DNA of 63,855 nucleotides, the filler included. It is 14 parts of 14 records of this genome, joined end to end, with 100 filler letters (N's around TTAATTAATTAA, not from the genome) between each part and the next. Parts side by side here need not be neighbours in the genome. Positions count along the whole stretch, not along the records: positions 34,439 to 38,547 come from SRR7504441_16786; positions 38,648 to 42,235 come from SRR7504441_16788; positions 42,336 to 47,575 come from SRR7504441_16830; 11 more parts are not named here. One strand, given 5' to 3'. The notes under the pieces were generated by a model. It had not been told where the DNA came from. It saw only the letters and a program-made list of their open reading frames with translations, and ran no database searches. Within the stretch, counting starts at the first letter, position 1. Each line of letters begins with the position of its first letter. The position numbers and the translations under genes were made by a program. Shown piece by piece: positions 34,738 to 44,551 of the stretch.

Positions 34738-36378
34738 TTACCAATTGCCTTGCATCGTCGCCTCCTGGTTACTCGAGCCAGTCGCATAAGCAGCGCACTT
34801 ATCCTCCAGCGCCTTGACTCGCGCGCTCCCAACCGGCTCGGCCCGCTCCATCTGCCAGAGCCGGTCGCACTCGCCCAGCTGGGCAGCCATCTGGTCGAGC
34901 CGGCTTGCCACCAGCATCCCGTGCTGCGCCATGCTCACCGCCATGCTAGCGCTCTCCCCGGTGTACCCAGCCGGGTCGAGCAGCGCCTCGAGCCTGGCCT
35001 GGCTCCCGAGCACCCGCCGGACAGTAGGGTCCTCCCAGAGCGTCTGGTTGAGCCACAGCTGATGCTTGTACGCCTTCATCGCCGCAGCGTACACCACCGC
35101 GTGCGCCGTCTGCCGGCCGATCGTCTGGCCCAGTGCGAGCATCACCCGCTCGGACATGATCAGCCCTCGGTTTAGCGTCTTGACGTTGTACCACATCCGG
35201 TCCGGATGCAGCACCAGCCCAGACACAGTGAAGTTCAGATCAGCCAGGATGTCCCCCGCCAACCCGAGCGCCTCAGTCAGCGCGTACGAGGCCAGCCGCG
35301 GGTTGGTGCCCATCGCCTCGTGGCTGCTCATCTGGGCCTGCAGCGCCCGGCCGACCAGTCCCCGCAGCTGGGCCTCGTGCAGCAGAATGTCCTCGAGGTG
35401 GTTCGGATTCCGCTTTTGAGGCATCGTGGACGAGCCCAGAGTGCCCGGCAGGATCGGCTCCTCGAGCTCGCCGTACTCGGTCTGCATCAGCTCGAACAGC
35501 TCAGTGGCCACTCGGCCGCACGAGCTGCCCATCATCGCCAGCACGGCCACCATCTCACTGTAATGGTCCTGCGCCGTCCTCGCAGGCACCCTCATCGTTC
35601 CCAGCCCCAGCTTGCGCGCCAGCCGCCGCTGCACCGCCGGGCCCTGCCCCCCAAACGAGGCCATCGAGCCCACCGCCCCGCCCATCAGCGCCACCAGCAG
35701 CCGGGGCCGGGCCTGCGCCAGCCGGGTTGCATGCCGTGATAGCTCATCTATCCATCCTGCCACTTTGAACCCGAACGTGATCGGCACCGCCTGCTGCCCG
35801 TGCGTCCGGCCGGCCAGCACCAACCCCGCGCTCCGGTTGGCTAGCCCGGCGCACTGTCGGAGCAGCCCGGCCAGCAGCTCGGCGTTCCTCTTGACCGCCC
35901 GCCGCACGGCCAGGGTGTATCCGGTCTGCACAACGTTCTGCGTGGTCGCGCCCCAGTGGACCCAGCCGCCGGCCCGGGTGCGGTTATCCGCCTTGTCCAG
36001 CTGCTCGCTGAACGCGTCGATCAGCGGCATGAGCGGGTGGTTGAACTGTATCCCGAGTTCGATCATCCGCGACCGGTTCACAAAGCTCAGCTCGGCCCAA
36101 CGGACGATCTGCAGGCTGGCGTTGACCGGGATCATCCCGAGCTCGCCCTCGGCCAGCGCCAGCGCCGCCTCCACGTCCAGGTAGCCCTGGTACCTCTGGT
36201 CTCGCCCGAACAGTCGCCGGATCTTGGCGTCCGGAACCGTGAAGAGCGCCAGTCCATCCTCGTCGATCGGCGGCTGGCAGGCCAGATCGGACAGCTCGTA
36301 CTTGGCCCGCCAGTCCACCCCGCCACAAAAACCGGCCGCCAGCAGCAGCGCCAGCGCGCAGCCCCGAGCCGTCTTCAT
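34738..36378 (-). CDS. Adenylosuccinate lyase / 3-carboxy-cis,cis-muconate cycloisomerase (PcaB)-like lyase with signal peptide; intronless
   Basis: VHWGATTQN, GRTHGQQAVPITFG, GGAVGS, GSSTMPQKRNP (fumarase/aspartase superfamily signature), GRQTAH, LLDPAGYTG; N-terminus MKTARGCALALLLAAGFCGG. Confidence 0.9.
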   Translation of the reverse strand: MKTARGCALALLLAAGFCGGVDWRAKYELSDLACQPPIDEDGLALFTVPDAKIRRLFGRDQRYQGYLDVEAALALAEGELGMIPVNASLQIVRWAELSFVNRSRMIELGIQFNHPLMPLIDAFSEQLDKADNRTRAGGWVHWGATTQNVVQTGYTLAVRRAVKRNAELLAGLLRQCAGLANRSAGLVLAGRTHGQQAVPITFGFKVAGWIDELSRHATRLAQARPRLLVALMGGAVGSMASFGGQGPAVQRRLARKLGLGTMRVPARTAQDHYSEMVAVLAMMGSSCGRVATELFELMQTEYGELEEPILPGTLGSSTMPQKRNPNHLEDILLHEAQLRGLVGRALQAQMSSHEAMGTNPRLASYALTEALGLAGDILADLNFTVSGLVLHPDRMWYNVKTLNRGLIMSERVMLALGQTIGRQTAHAVVYAAAMKAYKHQLWLNQTLWEDPTVRRVLGSQARLEALLDPAGYTGESASMAVSMAQHGMLVASRLDQMAAQLGECDRLWQMERAEPVGSARVKALEDKCAAYATGSSNQEATMQGNW

Positions 36379-36449
36379 GTTCCGCGCTCGCCGACTCGGC
36401 GGGCTGATGACGGTTCGATGGTTCGGCCCGGAGCGTGAGGTGGCGCGGG

Positions 36450-37103
36450 ATGGCCCGGGCGGTGTGCATCAAGGTGCCGCCAAAGGGCTCGGCTGACCGG
36501 CCGGCGTACGAGAGCCTCGGCCGGGGGGAGGACCCGGCCGCCCAGCGCCAGGCCTGGTTCGAGCGGCAGTGCGACTGCTACGTGGGCCGGCCCAAGAACG
36601 ACGGCGGCTGGTACCAGGTCCCCGAGGTCAAGCGGGGCTCGATCTGGGCCAACCCGTTCCCGCTCAAGCAGTACAGTCTGCCCGAGAGCCTCCGCCGGTA
36701 CCGCCAGTACCTGGCGGCCAGGCTGGCCGACGAGACGTCGGTGGGGGCGCTGGTCGGCCTCCTACCCGCCGAGCTCCAGCCCCTGCTGGCCCGCCGGGCA
36801 AAGTCGGTGGCGCACCTGCAGCTCGAGCTGCGCGGACCAGCCCTCCGCGAGCGGGCCAGGGCACTTGAGGGCCGGCGGCTGGGCTGCTGGTGCGCCGAGC
36901 CCGACCAGTGCCACGCCGGAGCGCTTGCCGAGGTGGTCAACGGGCTGGCAGACCGGAAGCGGCGGCGGGAGCCCGGCGAGCTGAAGGCCGCCAAATCGGC
37001 GCGGATGCAGGAGCCCGGGAGCGAGCGCGGCACGGGGCTGGAGCCTACTCAGGCGGGCGATCGATGTATCGTCAGTGAAGACCGTGCGGGTACGAGTGAT
37101 TAA
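36450..37103 (+). CDS. DUF4326 domain protein; intronless
   Basis: YVGR...SIWANPF...YRQYL...LEGRRLGCWC..P..CHAGAL. Confidence 0.85.
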   Translation: MARAVCIKVPPKGSADRPAYESLGRGEDPAAQRQAWFERQCDCYVGRPKNDGGWYQVPEVKRGSIWANPFPLKQYSLPESLRRYRQYLAARLADETSVGALVGLLPAELQPLLARRAKSVAHLQLELRGPALRERARALEGRRLGCWCAEPDQCHAGALAEVVNGLADRKRRREPGELKAAKSARMQEPGSERGTGLEPTQAGDRCIVSEDRAGTSD

Positions 37104-37183
37104 ACTATTAACCCTAAGGAGAGGTGTACGACTAAAGCGCAACCATGCAAGTTGAATGAATGCTAGGTACTAAGCCGTGTGTC

Positions 37184-38539
37184 TTAGAGTCTGACAGCTA
37201 GAATCTTCCGCCCTTGCACATGGCGAGTTGCAGCGCGACACCTGCACCAACTCGCTAGCCGCCCCGCCGAGCCGGTGCCTGCGACGAGACCAGCGCGTCG
37301 ATGGTCTTGTGCTTGCGCCGGAGCTGCTTCCGCCTGGGCTTGGGGGACTGGACGAGCTCGCGATTCACATCGTCGAGCAGCTTGTGCATCCGGTCCAGCT
37401 CGCCCGACTGAAGCACCCGCACCTCCGCCGGACTCAAGCACAGCCAGTCCTGCCCCGGGCTTAGCCCGAGCACCGACCACCCACCCGGGCCGCCTTGCTA
37501 TCCAGGTCTACTCCCATTTCCTCAGCCCGCCTGCGCGCCTCATCCTGCTCGGCCGCCTTTGCGAGCTCCCGCCGCCGGGCCATCTTGGCCTCCCTGCCGC
37601 CCGCTCAACCCCCGCCCCGGCCACCGGCCACCGCTTGGCCTCCTCGGACCGGCCGGCTTGCCTGCGCCGCTCACTCACGGCGTGCTCCAGCTCATCCTCC
37701 TCTGTAGCGGGACCCGCCGGCTGCCCCTCCACAGGGGCCTGCTCCCGATCCTCTGGAGTGTCCTCCAGGACTCCGTGCTCCCCATCGTCCCCAGGCTGGC
37801 CCTGCTCTTCCTCGTCCTCTGCAGCAGCCGCCTGCTCATCATGCCTCTCCTCATCCTCTGCCGCGTCCCCCAGCACCCCATGCTGCTCCTGCTCGGCCCG
37901 GTGCTCGGCCGCCTGCTGCTGGTCCCGCCGCTGCTTCATTTGGACCAGACCTTCCGCCGCCCCGCCCTGGGCCTCGCTTAAACCCTGCCGCAGACTGTTC
38001 CAATCCCGCACGGCTTGCCCGCCCTGCCCGCCCGCCAACCAGCCCTGCCACTCGCCCTCCCCCGCCGCCTCCATCCAGCACGCCTCCACCGCCCGCAGCG
38101 TCCGCTCCACCAGCACTAGCTCGCCCAGCCTCGCCTCCGACTCGAGCACGCGCACCAGCGCCTGCCGGGCCCGACCCAGCGCCTCCCGTGGCGCCCCCGC
38201 CGGCAGCTGGCTCTGGCAGCCGGCCGCCGCCCGAATGGTCAGCTCGAGCCAGTTGACCACCAGCTCGCGCTGGAACTGGAGTTGGCTCAGCACGGTGCCC
38301 GCCCGGCCGGCCCGGTCCATCTGGCCCAACGCCTCGCGCAGCCCGGCCAGTGCCGGCGACTGCTCGTCAAGCTGGTCGTGCGCCGACAGCTCGAGCCCGG
38401 CCTCATCCTCCTCCGCCGCCTGCTCCTTCCGCCCAAAGCACACCCCACCCATTTGCTCCCCGCGAGCCGACCACGCGCCGAGGCCCTGCGGGCTGGACCA
38501 ACGTACATCCTGATCGTTTGTGATCTGGGAGTCAGACAT
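37184..38539 (-). CDS. Hypothetical acidic/coiled-coil protein (spliced)
   Basis: 343-aa ORF from ATG 38539 plus downstream ORF fragments probably joined by short introns; no recognised domain. Confidence 0.5.
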
Positions 38540-38547
38540 GAGGTGAT

Positions 38548-38647
38548 NNNNNNNNNNNNNNNNNNNNNNNNNNNNNNNNNNNNNNNNNNNNTTAATTAAT
38601 TAANNNNNNNNNNNNNNNNNNNNNNNNNNNNNNNNNNNNNNNNNNNN
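38548..38647. other. Artificial contig spacer
   Basis: N44-TTAATTAATTAA-N44. Confidence 0.98.
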
Positions 38648-38724
38648 ACCGCCACGTGCGCGATCAGGCTGGTCTGGTACTCGTCCTCGGGCGGGCTCCC
38701 CCCGAGCAGGTCGATCTCGTCCAT
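38648..38724 (-). CDS. 5' fragment of an unknown gene (MDEIDLLGGSPPEDEY...)
   Basis: ATG 117 bp from the divergent DHX35 ATG, matching the window-wide pattern. Confidence 0.35.
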
Positions 38725-38841
38725 CCCAACACCCACCGACTGCTTGAGCTGTGTGCCCGAGAGCTTCAAGCTCGAGCTCCCACAACGGACTTCTTCCGAG
38801 CAGCCCCGCAGGGTAGTAGCGGGCGGCGGTACCGCGGAGAG

Positions 38842-41305
38842 ATGGCGGGCAAGTGGCGGGCCCGGCAGGGGGAGATCGGGGAGTTCAACCAGAGCCTGCT
38901 GAGCACCCGGGCCCCGGGCGACGCCCTCGCCGGCGAGGCCCCGGTCTACCACCGGCAGCGCGGCTCGTCGCTCCAGCAGCAGCGCCGGAGCCTCCCGATC
39001 GCCCGGCACCGGGAGGAGCTGCTCTGGATGCTCGAACACAACGGCGTGGTGGTGCTGTCCGTTAGCTCGGATCGCCCGGCCAGCGGTTATCATGGCAGGT
39101 GGTCTCGGGGGCCACCGGGAGCGGCAAGTCGACCCAGATGCCCCAGTACCTGCACGAGGCCGGCTGGACCGCCGACGGCCGGAAGGTTCCGGCGAGCTGA
39201 TGCCGTTGGGTTAACGGAGACAGGTGGTGTGCACGCAGCCGCGCCGGGTGGCCGCGACCACGCTGGCCAAGCGGGTGGCCGAGGAAGTGGGGACGCGGCT
39301 GGGGGACGAGGTAGCCGGGCTGCGGGCCGGGGGTGAGCTCAACGGCAGGTGGGCTATAGCATTCGGTTCGACGAGAGCTGGAACCCGGCCCAGACCAAGA
39401 TCAAGTTCACCACCGACGGGATGCTCCTCCGCGAGGTGCGGCCGCGTGCTGACATAATAACAACAACAATCATAACAATAATCATAATCAATAATCATAA
39501 TAATAATAATGCTGAGGGGGCGGCAGCTGATGCTCGACCCGCTGCTCTCGCAGTATTCGGTGGTGATGCTCGACGAGGCGCCCCGCCCGGCCTGTGGTGG
39601 TGGCCCAGCTCTGACAGGTGCACGAGCGCTCGCTTCAGACCGACATCCTGCTCGGGCTGCTCCGCAAGGTCGGTTACTATTCTTATTCTAATCATTATTA
39701 TTGTTCAGGTCCGGAAGCGCCGGCCGGAGCTCCGGCTGGTGCTCGCCTCGGCCACGGGTGCGGCTCGCATCGCCCAGCTGAGCTGTTTAACAGTCAACGC
39801 TGAGCTGTTCAAACGATTCTTCGAGCCGCCCCGGCGCAAGAAGTGGTGGCCGGCCGGCCCGAATCCGAGTGCCGTCACTGTGCGGTTGCAGGGACCAGGC
39901 CCCGGAGCAGCTCGAGGAGCACCCGAGCCGAGTCGGGATGATCTCTGTGGAAGGCAGGCAGCATCCAGTAGAGCTCAGGTACGCAAGCAAGCCCGTGAGC
40001 GACTACCTCGACGCGGCCATCCAGACCGCGGCGCACATCCACAGAGCCGAGCCGTCAGGCGACGTGCTGGTCTTCCTGACGGGCGCGGAGGAGGTTGACA
40101 CAGCGGCCGAGCTGCTTTCTCAGCAGCTGCACGGCGACTCGAGGCCGGTGCTGGTAGTCCCTCTGTACGCGAGCATGAAGATCGAGGAGCAAATGGCCGC
40201 CTTCGAGCCAGCGGAGCGCGGGACTCGCAAGATCGTGCTCGCAACTAACATAGCGGAGACCTCCGTCACGATAGATGGCGTCGTGTACGTTGTCGACTGC
40301 GGCTTTGTCAAGCAGCGACTGTACAATCCGAGCTCGGACAGTGAGACGCTCTCGGTGCTCCCAATCTCACAAGCCCAGGCGATCCAGCGGGCCGGGCGGG
40401 CCGGCCGGGTGTGCCCAGGCACCGCCTACCGGCTGTACACTGAGGATCAGTTTGGGCGGCTGGCGGTGAGCACGGTGCCCGAGATACAGCGGGTCCGGCT
40501 AGACTGGCCGCTGCTGCAGCTCAAGGCGCTCGGGGTTCGGGACATCTTGCACTTCCATTTCATCTCGCCGCCGCTCCCTCAGGTGCTGATGCGGTCTCTT
40601 GAGGTTCTGTTTGCGCTCGGTGCACTCGACAAGCAAGGCCAGCTGACAGAGAGCGTAGGGAGCGTGCTGGCGGAGATGCCGGTGGAGCCGTGCATCTCGC
40701 GGATGCTGCTAGCCGGGGTCGAGCTCGGGTGCGCTGAGCAAGTGCTCACCATCGCGGCGATGCTTTCCGTGTCCAACCCGTACACAGCCAGGACCGGCCC
40801 AACTGCGGCGCCTCATAAATGGGCGGTCAAGCAGGGCGACCACCTGTCGCTGCTCAACCTGTACAACCAGTACCACGACCGCCGCCGGGACCAGAACTGG
40901 CTCCGCGACAATAAAGTCAACGTTCGCGCGCTCAAGCAAGCCGCCCAGATCAGGCAGCAGCTCGCCGCCTATGTCAAACGGACCGGCCGGCTGAGCAAGC
41001 CGGAGGAGCCGCCAGCCGACCTGGTGCAGAGTGTGTGCAAGGCAGTCGCAACCGGCTTCTTCTGCAACGCGGCCCGGCTCTCTGCCGAAGGCGAGTACGT
41101 CTCGGTGCGGAGCGGGATGACGATGAGTTTGCACCCGCAGTCAGTGGTGTTTAAGTACCCTCCGGCATGGATTGTTTTCCACGAAGTGGTGCACACCACA
41201 AAGCCGTTCTGTCGGGACGTGTGCTCTATTGACCCGCTTTGGCTCTGTGAAATCGCGCCGCACTTCTACGAGTATCGAAAGCCAAAGCGAGCGCGTGAGG
41301 AGTGA
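38842..41305 (+). CDS. DHX35: DEAH-box RNA helicase DHX35
   Basis: QQRRSLPI, GATGSGKSTQMPQYLHEAGWTADG, TQPRRVAA, VGYSIRF, DEVHER, SAT, ATNIAETS, QRAGRAGR, C-terminal WLCEIAPHFY; eight introns in the 5' third. Confidence 0.88.
39454..39510 (+). repeat. AAT/AAC/ATC microsatellite inside the 91-nt DHX35 intron 39436-39526
   Basis: 57-nt G-free run in otherwise GC-rich DNA. Confidence 0.92.
39578..39617 (+). other. GC-AG intron (40 nt) splitting helicase motif II (DE|VH)
   Basis: Removal gives VMLDE-VHERSLQTD. Confidence 0.9.
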
Positions 41306-41437
41306 TGGTTGCAGCCCGACCGGCTGGCGTGTCGTACGGTGTTAATTCGATGGGTAATTGTGACTAAATCACGTGAGCTCGATTGAGGTATACTTAACGT
41401 GTTTGCGAGTATAGTTGTCTTTCAGTGCGCACTCATG

Positions 41438-42235
41438 CTACAGATCTTGCATCATTTTGTCAATTTTGTCGTATTCAGCTCGCGTAATATCCAGTTCATC
41501 CCCATCACTTGGCAAATCATATTCCTCTATTCTCATCCCATCAATTTCAGAGAGTTCCAAGTTGCTCATATTCGTTACACTATGGTGGTGCTGGTTGAAT
41601 TCTTCCACAGAGATCTTTTGGTCATTGTTGGTATCGTAATCCTTGAAAGTCTCCTCGAGGTCTTCTTTCTCAAACAGCCCCGATGCATCTGCGTCCCACA
41701 ATAAGCCACAATGTTCACCACGCTGACTATGCTACCAGGGATTTGATTAAGCTCGTGAGCGTGGAATACGGCCTGCTTCCACTCATCCAAGTCCAGACTC
41801 TGACCAATTGTTAGCCCAGAGAGCCAAGTTCTGTGTGACCTTGTCGCCGTTTAAATCGCTCGATCCAAAGTCGTCAGGACTATGGTATCTCACAAACTCA
41901 TCCCGGCTAACAGTCTCTTTGCCTCTGTACCCCTGGCTTGGGCGGACGGTACAGCATAATAACGCACCTTGCAATCGAGTCGAATTCTTTCTTTGTCTCC
42001 TCCTCGTCTTCAACCCCAAGAGCTCTGTTGTACTCAGCGAAAGTGAGCACGCCATCTTTGTCTGCATCCGCGTGTTCCCAAGTGGAAATGATGTTCTCGG
42101 CAGTCACCTGCCACGCACGCAAGGATCACCGTTGCTGCCCCGCAGCTCTGACCAGAGCATCTGCTCCAAACTGAAGTCTTGCATTGGGTTCTCTAAGTCA
42201 GAGTCTGCTCCATAACGGAAGTCACACAGAAGCTC
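41438..42235 (-). CDS. Multi-EF-hand calcium-binding protein, 3' part
   Basis: DADKDGVLTFAEY, DLNGDK|SLDLDEW, DTNNDQKISVEEF; about four introns of 40-47 nt; ends MQDL. Confidence 0.75.
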
Positions 42236-42335
42236 NNNNNNNNNNNNNNNNNNNNNNNNNNNNNNNNNNNNNNNNNNNNTTAATTAATTAANNNNNNNNN
42301 NNNNNNNNNNNNNNNNNNNNNNNNNNNNNNNNNNN
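42236..42335. other. Artificial contig spacer
   Basis: N44-TTAATTAATTAA-N44. Confidence 0.98.
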
Positions 42336-42805
42336 GACGAATTGTTGAATGGGTACAAGGCGTTTGCTCCTATAACAGAATGCTTTGCTGCGATCACGGA
42401 GATAGCTGTAGTTCCAAAAGTAAAGCCAACCAAGGAGCCGGCTCTCAGATCATCCGATGTCAATGCCGACTTGCGTGGCTGTGGTTCATTTCGCAAGGGT
42501 TGTGGTTGTGTTGTACAATAAATGGCAATCATCAAGCTATTTGTGTAAAGATTCGGTATGTGGTGATGATCCTGAGGGGTACATGAGGGTAGCGTCATGA
42601 CATTGTGGAGAGCAGGACTGTAACTGCAACTGGAGGCTTGGGGGTTGAGCTTAGGTTGAGCTAAAGTGCATAGACCTGTACCCATTGCATTCGCCATCAT
42701 CCGTTGACCAGCATAGCCTCGCTCTCGCGATCCATCGCAGTGATCAGTTTGGCACAACGAGTGACACAAACAGGCACAACGGCCATGGCCAAGTGATCTG
42801 TCCGG

Positions 42806-44469
42806 ATGGAGCGGACGTACTCGGCGGGCGGGTCCGAGCTGCGGGACCAGCCGGGGCTCTACCTCTGGCTCAAGCGCTATCTGATCCAGCAAGGGGCCCC
42901 GCGGCACCAGATCGACCGGCTGTATGACGTGGCAGACCTCCGGCGGTACGGGCTGCAGCGCGGGCTCCTGCTTGACACCCCGCCCGAGGACGCCACGGGG
43001 CTGCTCGAGGAGCCGCTCGAGGAGCCGCTCCCGGAGCTGGCGCCGGTAGGACCTTGGTTCCAGGATATAAACCTACAGTGGTTCCAAGCTCCGCCGCAGC
43101 GCTGGAACTCGCAGGACCGATCGAGCGGCGGGTCGGCGTTCTGGTCCGAGGAAACCCAGGGCTGGATCCGGAGGGACGACGACAAGCCGGCCCAGGTGCG
43201 CCCGAGCGGAGCGGCCGGCTCAGGCGGGGGGCAGTGGAGCTTCCGTTACCCCGAGATCCAGCGGGCACTCGAGGCAGATCTGGCTCGGATCGCGAATGAT
43301 AGCAAGCGGTTCCGGCAGCGGGTGGAGGCGGCGATCATTAAGGACGATCCGGATCAGTTCTACGAGGGGATCGATGACAGCGACTCGTATATTGGTGAAG
43401 GTGCGGCCAATCAAGGGCCAGCGGGTACTTAGCGCCTTGCCAGGGGCATTTGGGAAAGTATGGGCTGTCATCCACAAACTGAGCGGCCGGGAGTTCGCGT
43501 GCAAGTGCATAGAGCCGCGCACAGTCTCCGCTGTGAGCCAGTGGAAGGACGGGGCCACGCCACAGAGCATTATTACCGAGATAGGGACCATGATGGCCTG
43601 TGGCACGCACCCTAACGTGATGACGCCGAGTGAAGCGTACTACTGGGATATGGGGATCTATCTGATGATGGACCTGGTGGGGAAAGAGCATCCGGACTGG
43701 GGACCGCCAGACCTGCAGACCTGGATTGACATGGCGTTCGCCCTGGGCAGAGTGCCTAACGAGATGCAAGTTGCCACCGCAGTCCATTCGATAGCCTCTG
43801 GGCTCAAGCATATGAAGGACGCCTGCCATGTGCTGCACCGGTGGGCCCAACCCATGCAAGCTTGATCTGGCTCGATGCAGGGACCTCAAGCCTTCTAACA
43901 TCCTTTGCGACATCACGAGCAACGATTGCCTCGAGAATTTAAGGGTCACTGATTTTGGTCTCGCTAAAATCGGCTCGACCGGCTCCGACTCGGCCGCCCC
44001 ACACACTCCAAGGAGCGCCTCGCGGCGGCGGAGAGCGATGCTTAAGGGACACACCGCTCAGGTGGGCACGGCGGGCTACCAGGCGCCTGAGACCATGGAT
44101 CCAACTAACATGGGCGATTTCACGTTTGACGATGGAGCCACCAAGAAGGTCGCATACTATGGGCACGAGGCGGACGTCTGGTCGTTGGGGGTGATCATGC
44201 ACTTTATGCTGTCCCACCAGCTGCCGTTTAGTCGAGATGATGAGGCGCTCGATCCTGAGGCCAAACCACACTTCCTTGGGATGCAGTGGGCACGACGGTC
44301 TAAACCGTGCAAGGAGCTGTGTTCACGGATGTTGGCGAGGGATCCAACCGAGCGGATCGCGCTCGAGGAGGTCTTGGATAATGAGTGGCTCAAACGTAAC
44401 AAGGAGATGTATCAAGAGTTCAAGCTGGCTACCGAACGCGAAGCCGTCTACGGCCGTTGGTCTACATAA
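42806..44469 (+). CDS. Ser/Thr protein kinase (CAMK-like) with N-terminal extension
   Basis: IGE|GAFGKV, FACK, HPNV, HR|DLKPSN, DFGLA, GTAGYQAPE, DVWSLG; 43-nt and 40-nt introns plus a probable in-frame 39-nt intron. Confidence 0.92.
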
Positions 44470-44551
44470 CATTCGAATTCAATGACTTCTGCCATTACTT
44501 CTCTTAAGTACAATGTCATGTAGGGGAGCGAGCTCCTAATAAATTCAGAAT

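Noticed and set aside
37275-38513. Long antisense or alternate-frame ORFs (for example 412 aa here, and many others)
   Set aside because: These are shadow ORFs expected in GC-rich coding DNA, with low-complexity Ser/Pro/Arg/Ala content and no motifs.
42336-42740. Lower-GC segment upstream of the kinase
   Set aside because: No recognisable ORF, RNA gene or repeat could be supported.
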